Positions 34,274 through 43,294 of a stretch of 53,737 nucleotides of DNA are shown piece after piece. This DNA is from a virus. Location of the stretch: the IMG/VR virus record IMGVR_UViG_3300045988_128558, positions 1 through 53,737 of that record; one strand, given 5' to 3'. Below the pieces are notes generated by a model. The model worked only from the letters and a program-made list of their open reading frames with translations, was not told the DNA's origin and ran no database searches. Numbering within the stretch: position 1 is the first letter of the stretch; every line of letters begins with the position of its first letter. The translations under genes and the position numbers were made by a program.

Positions 34274-36015
34274 GCACTTATCGTGTTGCTACGCTGAACG
34301 CGCAGTCTCGCTTCGAGGGTGACGGCGACGCGGCGGTTGAAGCTATCGCCCGTCGTGTCCTTGCGTCCCAACCCTCCCCTGCAGGCGCTCCATCGCAGTC
34401 TGTGTCTCCCTCTCAGGTGGACGTGACTCTTCCCCCGTACAACGCAGACCCGACCGGCTCGCGCGATAGCCGCAAGGCGATTCAGGATGCTATTGATGCG
34501 GTGGCCGCACGAGGCGGTGGTACGGTGTACCTCCCTGCGGGTACGTACCGTGTGGAAGACCCGTACCTTGAGTTGAAGGGCTTCGTGCTGGTACGGGGCG
34601 CTGGCATGAACTCTACCCAGATTATCGCTCAGCCCCGTAAGCCGGTCACCGGCGAGGCGGCGCAGGATAAGGTGGGGGTGTTCCATACCGGATCGTGGCG
34701 CAAGCGCAAGCAGGACGGTACGATGCTCCGCTTCGGAGTGACCGACCTGATGATTCGCAGTCACCGCTCCGGTACCCAGATTCAGGCACCCCTTGCAGGT
34801 GTCTACGGTGTGCTCTTCAACACCGACCTGGGCAAGAACCCGGCAGACCCGGATTGCGTAGCCACCCTAAACTTTGTTGAGGTGTGGGGTATGGAGGTCG
34901 GTATCGCGATTATCGGCAATGACGACCAGGCGATGAAGTGCTTCGGCCTCAAGGTTCGCCACTCCACCGAAGCTGGGCTTATTGTTGGTAAGCCTCCCGG
35001 TCACCCCGAGGGTGAAGCTGGCGCGGCGGACAACAAGTTCTTCGGCGCGGACATCGGTGGCTCCAACCAGGGTGGCGGCGACCACGCGGGCATTGAGATC
35101 TACACATCTCAGACCAAGTTCACCAATTCGACCTCCTGGTACACCCACTCGAACACCACCGTGGAGAAGCTGTACTGTCTTGAAGGTGGCATGTCGGATT
35201 TGGAGATGGGCGGCCCGAAGAATCCTAACCGCGCGGCGCAGAAGAACGGCGCGGGCTGGTACATCGCGGCCACCAAATGTACCTTCACTGGGTGCGAGGC
35301 ACAGGAGAACGGCGGCCACGGCTTCATCCTCCGCTACGGCGATAACGCTCTGGTCGGTTGCCGAGGTGAGTCGTCCAGCTATGCCCCCACACAGGCTAAC
35401 GCTACCGCGAAGAACAAGGCGGCTGACTTCTACATCTGTGACGAAGGCGCGGGGCACAGCATCATTACTAGCTGTACTGCTGCGCTTGTTCGTCCGTCCG
35501 AGGGCGGCGCGCGTTGGGGATTCTACGTCGAAGGCTGGGTGAACAACCTGGACATCGCGCACTGTACCACGGTGGGTATCCCCAACCCTCCGGGCGCGGA
35601 GCAGCCGGTGCGCCTCTGGCGCGAGCTTGGCGATAACGTGTGCGTTCAGGTGGATAAGTTCACGAAGTCCACCCGACCCAAGGAGGTAGCTAAGGCGCCT
35701 CCGGTGAAGTCCTACGCGGTTGTTCCTGTTGCGGGCATCACCTCGGAGGAAAAGCGTAGCTACGTTGCCGTTGATCCCACGACCGGCCAGGGCTTCCTAC
35801 GCCTGGAGATGACCTGCACGAAGGACTTCGCTGAGGGTGAGGTCATCGCTAACCTGCAGGCAGAGGCACCCGTGCCCTTGTTCGCGGTCAGCGGCCTCGC
35901 CAGCAAGGGTAGCGTGTGGATTCCGCAAGACTCCCGCGAAGTTCGCCACTCAGGGGCAGCGACGGCGGGGGTGAAGATTCAGGCCACCGTCCCGGCGTTC
36001 TTCAAGGTGTCTTAG
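34270..36015 (+). CDS. tailspike-like protein with pectate-lyase-type right-handed beta-helix (581 aa)
   Basis: N-terminal signature YNADPTGSRDSRKAIQDAIDAVAARGGGTVYLPAGTYRV, typical of the Pectate_lyase_3 / phage depolymerase fold. Confidence 0.65.
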   Translation: MSTYRVATLNAQSRFEGDGDAAVEAIARRVLASQPSPAGAPSQSVSPSQVDVTLPPYNADPTGSRDSRKAIQDAIDAVAARGGGTVYLPAGTYRVEDPYLELKGFVLVRGAGMNSTQIIAQPRKPVTGEAAQDKVGVFHTGSWRKRKQDGTMLRFGVTDLMIRSHRSGTQIQAPLAGVYGVLFNTDLGKNPADPDCVATLNFVEVWGMEVGIAIIGNDDQAMKCFGLKVRHSTEAGLIVGKPPGHPEGEAGAADNKFFGADIGGSNQGGGDHAGIEIYTSQTKFTNSTSWYTHSNTTVEKLYCLEGGMSDLEMGGPKNPNRAAQKNGAGWYIAATKCTFTGCEAQENGGHGFILRYGDNALVGCRGESSSYAPTQANATAKNKAADFYICDEGAGHSIITSCTAALVRPSEGGARWGFYVEGWVNNLDIAHCTTVGIPNPPGAEQPVRLWRELGDNVCVQVDKFTKSTRPKEVAKAPPVKSYAVVPVAGITSEEKRSYVAVDPTTGQGFLRLEMTCTKDFAEGEVIANLQAEAPVPLFAVSGLASKGSVWIPQDSREVRHSGAATAGVKIQATVPAFFKVS

Positions 36016-36038
36016 CGGTACACTAGGTAAAGAAAGAA

Positions 36039-36070
36039 GCCCTCACGCGCACCGATTATCGCGTGAGGGC
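36039..36070. terminator. 11-bp GC-rich hairpin after the tailspike gene (possible terminator)
   Basis: gccctcacgcg-10 nt-cgcgtgagggc. An A-rich run precedes it, and no T-run follows on the plus strand. Confidence 0.45.
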
Positions 36071-36140
36071 TCCGGGTAATGCTCCACAGGGAACACATCA
36101 TTGACCGTGATCTATTGTACCATTACCCGAATAGAGGTGT

Positions 36141-37295
36141 ATGTATATGGCCGAGCAGAAGTTCCTCGTCCCCCAGGTCGATGAGCAGGGCCGCCTGACT
36201 GGTGCCGCACTGGAGGGCGTGCGCGAGCTGATCCCCGCTGGTGGCGCCGACGGCTGGACGGCAGAGCGCCAGGCGAAGGCGCAGGGTTTCTGGGTCGAGC
36301 ACTCGACGGAGCCCCCCGCTGAGGAGACTAAGTATGGTGTTCCTGTGGTATGGCTGCGTGAAGGAACCTTCACTGAGCCCACCCCTGTCAAGCCGTACCG
36401 CCCGAACCCTAATTACCGCCGACGCACTATCACCATTCCGCTACAGGCGGGTCTGTCGTGGAAGATTGACGGCGAACCTGCCAGCCCCGGTGAGCACGTG
36501 GTGCCTGGCGATGCTTTCACCCCGGTAGCTGTCACCGCGGAGGCTTCGGATAACTTCAAGTTGGCCGCCCCCGGCTCCTGGCCCTTCCAGTTTGGTTCCC
36601 TCAAGGGCCGAGTACTTGTCGCGTCGGACGTCTTCGCCGGTCGCGCGGGAGAGATTCTGGTCCCGCCGGTACCCCAGGAGAACCGCGCCGGACGCCACCC
36701 TTATGCGATCCTAGAAGGCGCACGATGGAACAACGCTGCAGGCGGTACTGCGGAGGTCCGGTGGAGCCAGCACGGCCTAGGCGAAGCCAACGTTGGTGGC
36801 GTAGTGAAGCCTAGCGGCTGGGAGGTCGGTACCGACGGCGCGGCGGTCAATACTGGTATCAAGAACCTTGAGGCGTCCCTCGTATTTAATACCGGAACCC
36901 CCAACGTCTCGCTTGAGATTGAGGTGTCTGAGGTTACCACTTCTACTCCGTTCACTCTCGTCTTAGGTCAGCCGAAGCGGCTTATGAACTCGTCAAGCAA
37001 GGTAGCCCCCTCGGTGCGAATGAACCCCAACGGTACCTCTGCGATTACCGAGCGGACGCAGGATGGTGATACCCCCTCAACCATAAATGCTGGATCCCCC
37101 ATCGGCGTGTGGCGCTTCGACTGCCTCGACGGTCGAGTGGTCATCACGGCACCTTCCGGTGAGCGCGCTGTGCAGGACTTCTCACCGCTCGATAAGAGCG
37201 AATACGGCCCGTATTCTAAGCTGTTTATTGGTGAGAGCAACGCGGTGAAGATTAAGAGCTTCAAGCTGTACGCTTCTCCCTCAACCACCATCTAG
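36141..37295 (+). CDS. hypothetical tail / receptor-binding candidate (384 aa; alternative ATG at 36147)
   Basis: The call rests on position in the distal tail module, with AGAGGTG upstream. Confidence 0.6.
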   Translation: MYMAEQKFLVPQVDEQGRLTGAALEGVRELIPAGGADGWTAERQAKAQGFWVEHSTEPPAEETKYGVPVVWLREGTFTEPTPVKPYRPNPNYRRRTITIPLQAGLSWKIDGEPASPGEHVVPGDAFTPVAVTAEASDNFKLAAPGSWPFQFGSLKGRVLVASDVFAGRAGEILVPPVPQENRAGRHPYAILEGARWNNAAGGTAEVRWSQHGLGEANVGGVVKPSGWEVGTDGAAVNTGIKNLEASLVFNTGTPNVSLEIEVSEVTTSTPFTLVLGQPKRLMNSSSKVAPSVRMNPNGTSAITERTQDGDTPSTINAGSPIGVWRFDCLDGRVVITAPSGERAVQDFSPLDKSEYGPYSKLFIGESNAVKIKSFKLYASPSTTI

Positions 37296-37303
37296 GAGGA
37301 TGA

Positions 37304-38530
37304 ATGTCAGCAAGCATCAATAGGGGCGGTATGAAGATGCCGCTCCAGCCGCTCGTAAAGAGCGGCGATGAGTGGGTACCTGTCGGGGCTAAGAACGCCT
37401 ACCCGTATGTCATCCCGAGCATTTTTATGCCTGGGAAGTATCTGGGGAAGGGCACCATTTGGCAGCGTGATGTATCTAAGATGCCTCTCGCACCTAACTC
37501 TGCTGCTATGGCGGCCTGGATGCAGAAGAACACGCCGGACCCGTGGGGGTTGAAAGGGGACGGCAGTCGGCCTGGGTGGGGTGTCACCACGTCACTGAAC
37601 ACCAGCGCCTATGGCACCGCCCCGATTGCACTGTACGTCGTGAACTCCCGGCACCCCGCCTGCCCGCGAGTAAACATGGAGACGCGAGGCGGCTTCCCCG
37701 CTATGGACCCGAAGGTTCGGGCGGTGTACAGCCGCGACATCCCCCTTCCTCCGTATGCGCGCCCCGCGCATAATGGCGACCGCGGTATGGCTGTCTACGA
37801 CCTCGGTACGGGCATCATGCGAGAGTTCTTTATGGTGGAGCGTACCGAAGCCGGGGAGTGGAAGGGCGAGATGGGATTCAGCGTGAACAATCCGGGACTG
37901 GAGGACTTGGCGGAAACTAACTACGCTACGGCTCTGCAGGCAGGTTCGAGTGCTGTCGCCCGTATGCACAACAACTTGGGCTTTATCGGAATTAACGAAG
38001 TGCGCGCCGGAGAAATCCAGCACGCCCTAGCCTTCACCTTTGGTGCGGTCGCGAAGGGCAACCCGCCCAGCTACCCCGCCAGCGGAACTGATGGTAAGTC
38101 ACCCATTACCGAGAAGGACAAGTCCCCTGTTCACGGTCAGTGGGGTCGAGTGCGCGCGGATGTAGATCCGAAGTTCAACCCCAAGACCGGGGCACCGTAT
38201 AACCCCCTGACTCAGCTGTTGATTAAGGCGGCGCAGCGGTACGGACTTGTGGGTACGGACACTAACTCGTGGTGCCACGCTTTTAACGCGGAAGACGGAC
38301 AGACCGAGAAGGCTCTCTACGGCGTGGACCCATGGGGTAAGGGAGGTGACCTCCGAGGAGCGCTGGCTGAGCGCTTCCTGGCAGACCCGAAACTCGCTTT
38401 CGACGTGAACGACTTCCCCTGGGATATGACCGAGTGGGCACCGATTGACTGGGGGCGACCCGACACGGACTTTACCCCCCGCCATGCGTTTGATAACGCA
38501 TGGCAGCGTGAGGATAATACCCCGCAGTAA
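37304..38530 (+). CDS. hypothetical protein, tail or lysis associated (408 aa)
   Basis: AGGAGG lies 4 nt upstream of the ATG. It sits between the tail genes and the lysis cassette. Confidence 0.65.
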   Translation: MSASINRGGMKMPLQPLVKSGDEWVPVGAKNAYPYVIPSIFMPGKYLGKGTIWQRDVSKMPLAPNSAAMAAWMQKNTPDPWGLKGDGSRPGWGVTTSLNTSAYGTAPIALYVVNSRHPACPRVNMETRGGFPAMDPKVRAVYSRDIPLPPYARPAHNGDRGMAVYDLGTGIMREFFMVERTEAGEWKGEMGFSVNNPGLEDLAETNYATALQAGSSAVARMHNNLGFIGINEVRAGEIQHALAFTFGAVAKGNPPSYPASGTDGKSPITEKDKSPVHGQWGRVRADVDPKFNPKTGAPYNPLTQLLIKAAQRYGLVGTDTNSWCHAFNAEDGQTEKALYGVDPWGKGGDLRGALAERFLADPKLAFDVNDFPWDMTEWAPIDWGRPDTDFTPRHAFDNAWQREDNTPQ

Positions 38531-38593
38531 GAGAAGGAAGAAACACCATATGCACCTGTTCTCTAATACCCCGGACATGTTGTCGGAGGTGTA

Positions 38594-39040
38594 ATGAAGA
38601 GCGATTTATTCCCGCCGGAGGTCTGGGCACTCGGGGGTGTAATCCTCGGTACCCTAATCCCTGCGTTTTTCGCGTTCATCACGGGTCGGCAGCAGGCCAA
38701 GCATGAGTCGAATAAGGTGCTGATTGAGGCTCTGGAGCGCCGTATTGGTGACCTGGAGAAGCACCTGCGCGAGGAGACAGACGCTCGGCGCTCGCTAGAG
38801 TCCGAGGTTCGCGCCCGCGAAGCCGAGGCGCACTCGACGGCGGACAAGGCGCGTTGGGTGATGAGCATCGCAATCTCGCACATCAACCGGCTCGATGCCC
38901 ATATCGCCGCCGGTTCCCCGCCCCCGCCGCCGCCTCTGCCCGGCGAGGTGGAGGAATGGGTGAGCCGTGAGCTGTGGACTACTAGCTTTCAGCCCGGCCA
39001 CCCTGCTTTAAAGAAGACCAAAGAGAAGGAGGAAGAGTAA
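38594..39040 (+). CDS. lysis-cassette membrane protein (148 aa; one N-terminal TM helix, coiled coil, poly-Pro)
   Basis: VWALGGVILGTLIPAFFAFI is followed by a charged helical region and PPPPPPLP. The gene is coupled (TAATG) to the endolysin gene. Confidence 0.6.
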   Translation: MKSDLFPPEVWALGGVILGTLIPAFFAFITGRQQAKHESNKVLIEALERRIGDLEKHLREETDARRSLESEVRAREAEAHSTADKARWVMSIAISHINRLDAHIAAGSPPPPPPLPGEVEEWVSRELWTTSFQPGHPALKKTKEKEEE

Positions 39041-39942
39041 TGCTTCTGTTGGAGAAGGATAGCCCCCTGGCGGACAGCATCGCTGTATCGCCTAACTTTA
39101 GTAACTCCGGCAGCTACGACCGCAAGTCGAAGTGGGTCGTACTGCACACTATGGAGACTGGCGAGAACAGCTCCATCGCGGAGAACATCGGCGCTGGCTG
39201 GTTCACCAACCCGAACGCGCAGGCAAGTGCTCACTACTGTGTGGACGACAACTCCATCGTTCAGTGTGTGAACGAGGGCGACTACGCATGGGCCAGCGGC
39301 CCGACGGGTAACATGAACGGCATCCAGATTGAAATGGCAGGCCGCGCCGCGCAGTCCCGCGCCGACTGGCTTGACGACTACTCCCGCGCTATGCTGGAGC
39401 GAACCGCTGCCCTGACTGCGGACATCTGCAAGCGCCACGGCATCCCTGTGCGTGTGCTGTCCGATGAGCAGGTGGCGCTCGGCGAAGAGGGCATCACCAC
39501 CCACGCGGCCTTGGCGCGCGTGTTCCGCGAGACTGACCACAGCGACCCCGGCCCCGACTTCCCGTGGGACTTCTTCATGGAGCGCGTACAGGCACACGCA
39601 GGCGGCACTGGCGGCTCGGTCAATGAACCCGCTCCGGCACCCCGTGTAGCGCCCCGTGCGGCATCCGTGGCTCAGGCGGCCCCCGCAGCTCCCCGCCGTG
39701 TGGCGATGACCGGCGTGTTCTACCCGGACCGTGAGCTGGAGGTCAGCCGCGACCTTGACCCGGACAGCCCCGCGGTCGCGAAGTACCAGCCCGGCACCCC
39801 GATTCGCTACGACAGCTACGTGCTGGCGAACGGCTACGCCTGGGTCAGCTACGTGTCCTATAGCGGTCAGCGCCGCTTCGTGGCGGTCGGCCCGGATGAC
39901 GGACAGACCGGCACCACGTGGGGCTCGGGCTTCTTCAACTAG
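39040..39942 (+). CDS. endolysin: N-acetylmuramoyl-L-alanine amidase (Amidase_2/PGRP type) with C-terminal SH3b-like domain (300 aa)
   Basis: Amidase-like segments VVLHTME..., SAHYCVDD, NGIQIEMAG and THAAL...TDHSDPGPDFPW. The C-terminus reads YVLANGYAWVSYVSYSGQRRFVAVG. Confidence 0.8.
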   Translation: MLLLEKDSPLADSIAVSPNFSNSGSYDRKSKWVVLHTMETGENSSIAENIGAGWFTNPNAQASAHYCVDDNSIVQCVNEGDYAWASGPTGNMNGIQIEMAGRAAQSRADWLDDYSRAMLERTAALTADICKRHGIPVRVLSDEQVALGEEGITTHAALARVFRETDHSDPGPDFPWDFFMERVQAHAGGTGGSVNEPAPAPRVAPRAASVAQAAPAAPRRVAMTGVFYPDRELEVSRDLDPDSPAVAKYQPGTPIRYDSYVLANGYAWVSYVSYSGQRRFVAVGPDDGQTGTTWGSGFFN

Positions 39943-39952
39943 GAAGGAAACG

Positions 39953-40306
39953 ATGGACAAGAACTATGATGTGAACGCAGGCAAGCGCCTAGCCAGCTAC
40001 GGCGTGATTACTGCGATCTCCGCTCTGGCGGTGGCCTACGGCATCATCACCCCCGACAAGGCGGACCTGTGGGTAGCGCTCCTCGTGGTGCTGCTGCCGA
40101 ACATCGGCGGTATGATTATGGCTATCCGCAACGTCAAGACTGCGCCGGAGGAGCCGAACCTCGACAAGGTGGCGGCAGCTATTGTCGCCGCGCTGATGGA
40201 GGCTCCCGCTCCGGCCAACCCGCTTGCGGAGTCTGACCACGGCACTGAGGTTCAGGGCATCCCGGGCACCGCTGAGGGACCTGCCGCGAAGCCCACCGAG
40301 CAGTAG
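39953..40306 (+). CDS. holin-like protein (117 aa, two TM helices)
   Basis: ORF 39731..40306 trimmed to the ATG at 39953, after AGGAAGGAAACG. The TM segments are YGVITAISALAVAYGII and LWVALLVVLLPNIGGMIMAI. Confidence 0.65.
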   Translation: MDKNYDVNAGKRLASYGVITAISALAVAYGIITPDKADLWVALLVVLLPNIGGMIMAIRNVKTAPEEPNLDKVAAAIVAALMEAPAPANPLAESDHGTEVQGIPGTAEGPAAKPTEQ

Positions 40307-40470
40307 CAACTCTGCTATACTTGTGGGTACCAGGGGCGTAAGCCCCCACCTGCGCAGGTGCGACGGGCAGCACTCGAAGAGTACAGCACCCGTCATCATG
40401 CCGGTATAGCCACTCTGCTATACTATTCTGGAAGGCTCCTTAAGTTTAAGTGCCTTTCATGTAGAGGAAA

Positions 40471-40504
40471 CCCCCACACCCGAGCTGTCGGTGTGGGGGT
40501 TTTT
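40471..40504. terminator. bidirectional intrinsic terminator where the two arms converge
   Basis: cccccacacc-9 nt-ggtgtggggg (10-bp stem) is flanked by gaaa on the 5' side and ttttt on the 3' side. It lies 1 nt from the stop of gene 40506..41186. Confidence 0.85.
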
Positions 40505-40505
40505 G

Positions 40506-41186
40506 CTATGCCCCGCGAAGGGCGGCCTGGTACTCGCTAATCGCGTGGCTCGGCTCAGCATCATACCCAGCAAGCCACTTCGCCGCCGTCATAACGGCTC
40601 GCATCTGCGCCTTACGCAGGACGTGAACGTTATCGTCCGCAAGGTATTTATCCCACTCGCGGTCCATCTCCACGATGAGCCCGGCAACGCCCGGAGTCGG
40701 TCGCTCGCGAGTCCACATCGCGTACTGTAGGTGGAGCTGTAGACACTTGCGCGCCTTGTCCAAGTCCTCCACCCCGTTCTTGCTCGGCGCGCGCCACAAA
40801 TACTTGAGCGCCGCGCCCGCGAAGTAGGGCATTTTGTTGATGTGTTTCTCCAGGTCCACAAAGAAGATAGGGGCGTAGTGGTTGGGGTTGATAGGATCAA
40901 CCGCCAGGTCAGCGCGTGGTGCTTCTGCTTCCATATTCAATATTCCTCTCTCAATGATGCTTTTGGTTACGGACCCAATCAGAGATAGCTGCTCTGAGTA
41001 GTTGTACCCGTAATCCCATGTTAAGGCTTCGATCAAGTCCACCGCCGCTCGATACGCACGGTCGAGGCATGTTGCACACCGTGAATTGATTGTCTCCCAC
41101 GGCACGTGGCACCCGGCACAGCGGTAGGGGCGGGGGATAGGCGGCGGTGTTCGCGGGGCTGGAACAGAGACGTGACGCATCATCAC
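40506..41186 (-). CDS. DUF3310-like protein with N-terminal Cys-rich (zinc-ribbon-like) region (226 aa)
   Basis: The motif NPNHYAPIFFVDLEKHINKMPYFAGAALKYLWRAPSKNGVEDLDKARKCL resembles the DUF3310 signature (recalled from memory). Confidence 0.6.
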   Translation of the reverse strand: MMMRHVSVPAPRTPPPIPRPYRCAGCHVPWETINSRCATCLDRAYRAAVDLIEALTWDYGYNYSEQLSLIGSVTKSIIERGILNMEAEAPRADLAVDPINPNHYAPIFFVDLEKHINKMPYFAGAALKYLWRAPSKNGVEDLDKARKCLQLHLQYAMWTRERPTPGVAGLIVEMDREWDKYLADDNVHVLRKAQMRAVMTAAKWLAGYDAEPSHAISEYQAALRGA

Positions 41187-43222
41187 TCCTTTCGATAGCG
41201 AGCGCAGTAGTAGCCCTCTGCCGCCAGCGGCAGACCCTCAGCCCAGGGCGGCGCGAGCGGGTTGCCCACTCCTGCGCCCATCAGCTCCTTCATTCGCTCC
41301 ACGGTCACCCCGCCCTCGGCAATGACCTCATCGTGAACGTGCGCGACGACCGGCACGCCCTCTCGGTCTAGGTTCACTAGAGCGTGCGCCAGAACGTCGC
41401 GGGCTACCGCCTGCGTCACGTTCTCAGTCAGTCGCCCGCCGTAGGTGGGGATGACGGCTCGATGGCTCTTGGGGTCGAGGAAGTGCAGAGCTTCCACTTC
41501 CTTATCGAACTTGCGTACAGTGCGGAAGTGGAGCTTATGATAGAGCAGCTCGCGGCCACTGGGCAGCTTGATTGTGACCAGACCGTTAGGCTTCGGGTGT
41601 ACGGTGATGTACTCACCGACGCACCCGGAGCGGTTGCGCATCGCGCGGTCCATGTCAGCCCAGAACTTAGCGATGCGAGGGTTAGCCGCGCGGTACGTCT
41701 GCTTGATCTCTTCGAGTTCAGCGTCGGTACCCTCAGCACCCATCGCCTTGAGCGCATTGATGCCGCCACCGTAGCCCAGGGCGAGGACTGCAACCTTACC
41801 CTTCTTGCGCAGGGGCCTCGCTTCCTCGTAAGGCACGTGGAACATTCGGGCGGCAGTCTCGATGTAGATGTCTCGACCCGCTCGGAACGCTTCGAGCACC
41901 CACTCCTCACCGGCGAGCCATGCCAGTACGCGCGCTTCAATCGCGCTGTAGTCACAGACGGTGAGGGTCTGCCCTGTAGGTGCCATGAGTGCGCCACGGA
42001 TGAGCGGCTTGAGCTCCGAGATGCTGAAATTCTCGGCGGGCTCGTTCATCACGCGATCAACAAACTCCTGCGTCTTCTCGTCGTCGCCAGCAGTGACGCT
42101 CGGGAGGTTCTGCAACTGAACACCACGCCCAGCCCAGCGCCCGGTGTGGGCACCGAAGTACTGGAGGGTGCCGCGAACGCGATTACCAACGCCGAGGCGG
42201 TTCATCATTGCCTTGAACTTGGCAACGCTTGCCGCATTGGATGCTGCGCGCTCTTCGAGGAGGGAACGCACGTCTCGGGGCAAGTCAGTTCGGGACAGCA
42301 GGTAAGCCACGGACGCTTTGTTCATGCTATAGAGTGGTTCGCCCGTGTCCTTGAACAGGGGCTTGGGCGGCGGGGGTTTCAGGTTATACATCTTAAGAAA
42401 CCTGTCTTCCGCCTCCGGGATTATCGGGGGGTCCTTGGGCATCTCCATCACGCCTGCCTCAACCAGGCGGCGGTCCACCCAGGACGAAACCTGGGTGACG
42501 GAGTTGGGATTGGCGAGCCCGGAGATCTCGCCCATGCGCTGCAGGTGCAAGTTCTTAACCGCGGCGGCGATATCCATACACCGAACCGCCAGCTCCGCAT
42601 CTACGAGGATGCCCCGGTCGTTGATACGCTGGTCGGCGTTCCACACCTCGCGCTCACCCTTGGGGAAGCCACCGTATCGGGTGGTCAGCTCCGTGTAGAC
42701 CTCGACCATCGTATCGACATCCTGAATGGCGTAGCGGCAGAACGCTGCCCACTCTTCGGGGCGCTCCTCGGGGGTCATCGCGCGCCCGGTCTTCTTGCTC
42801 GGCACGCAGAACATCGCGATCAGAGCGGTACCGGCAGAGTCCTTCTCCTCCACATGCAGAGCGCGGGACAGGTCAGCCAGGCTGCCGGGGAAGCCCAGAG
42901 AGCGACCCATCGCCATAGTGTCGATGAAGCGCTCCGGGGGGATGAAGGTACCCGGCGCGTAGTTGAAGATGCGCGAGAGCACCAGGCGCTCGAAGTTAGC
43001 GTTGTGCGCGACGAAGGTGACGTGTTCACGCTCGTTCAGCCCACGTAGAGCCCACTTAATCTGCTCCTCACCCTGAGCGATCTTCGTCTCCCCGTCCACG
43101 CCGTAGCGGTAGGTCATGATGAGGGGCGCGAAGTCGGGCGAGGCCATGTACGGGTACGCTCCGCAGTCGCGCAGGTTCACCGAAGAGTACGTTTCAAAGT
43201 CGATGAACATCAATGTTTCCAT
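41183..43222 (-). CDS. family A DNA polymerase with 3'-5' exonuclease domain (679 aa)
   Basis: The N-terminal FIDFETYS is an Exo I motif. Polymerase-domain motifs include RDIYIETA, KVAVLALGYGGG and HVHDEV. Confidence 0.85.
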   Translation of the reverse strand: METLMFIDFETYSSVNLRDCGAYPYMASPDFAPLIMTYRYGVDGETKIAQGEEQIKWALRGLNEREHVTFVAHNANFERLVLSRIFNYAPGTFIPPERFIDTMAMGRSLGFPGSLADLSRALHVEEKDSAGTALIAMFCVPSKKTGRAMTPEERPEEWAAFCRYAIQDVDTMVEVYTELTTRYGGFPKGEREVWNADQRINDRGILVDAELAVRCMDIAAAVKNLHLQRMGEISGLANPNSVTQVSSWVDRRLVEAGVMEMPKDPPIIPEAEDRFLKMYNLKPPPPKPLFKDTGEPLYSMNKASVAYLLSRTDLPRDVRSLLEERAASNAASVAKFKAMMNRLGVGNRVRGTLQYFGAHTGRWAGRGVQLQNLPSVTAGDDEKTQEFVDRVMNEPAENFSISELKPLIRGALMAPTGQTLTVCDYSAIEARVLAWLAGEEWVLEAFRAGRDIYIETAARMFHVPYEEARPLRKKGKVAVLALGYGGGINALKAMGAEGTDAELEEIKQTYRAANPRIAKFWADMDRAMRNRSGCVGEYITVHPKPNGLVTIKLPSGRELLYHKLHFRTVRKFDKEVEALHFLDPKSHRAVIPTYGGRLTENVTQAVARDVLAHALVNLDREGVPVVAHVHDEVIAEGGVTVERMKELMGAGVGNPLAPPWAEGLPLAAEGYYCARYRKE

Positions 43223-43235
43223 GAAGTCTCCTAGA

Positions 43236-43273
43236 GGAAACCCCCGGCACGTGGGTAGAATCCGTGCCGGGGG
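43236..43273 (-). terminator. intrinsic terminator or attenuator between the SSB-like and polymerase genes
   Basis: The minus strand reads CCCCCGGCACG-11 nt-CGTGCCGGGGG followed by TTTCCTCT. Confidence 0.6.
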
Positions 43274-43294
43274 TTAGTGTGGAATAGTTACAGT

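Noticed and set aside
38989-39960. 323-aa minus-strand ORF antisense to the endolysin
   Set aside because: The plus strand encodes a recognisable amidase-SH3b endolysin, so the antisense frame is a compositional artefact. The same reasoning applies to 33251-34249, 34867-35562, 15918-16544 and 20541-21065 on the minus strand, and to 43277-44107, 44086-44676 and 47381-48022 on the plus strand.
41384-43048. 554-aa plus-strand ORF antisense to the DNA polymerase gene
   Set aside because: The opposite strand carries recognisable family A polymerase motifs. The plus-strand frame is Gly/Arg/Val/Leu-rich and has no recognisable motifs.
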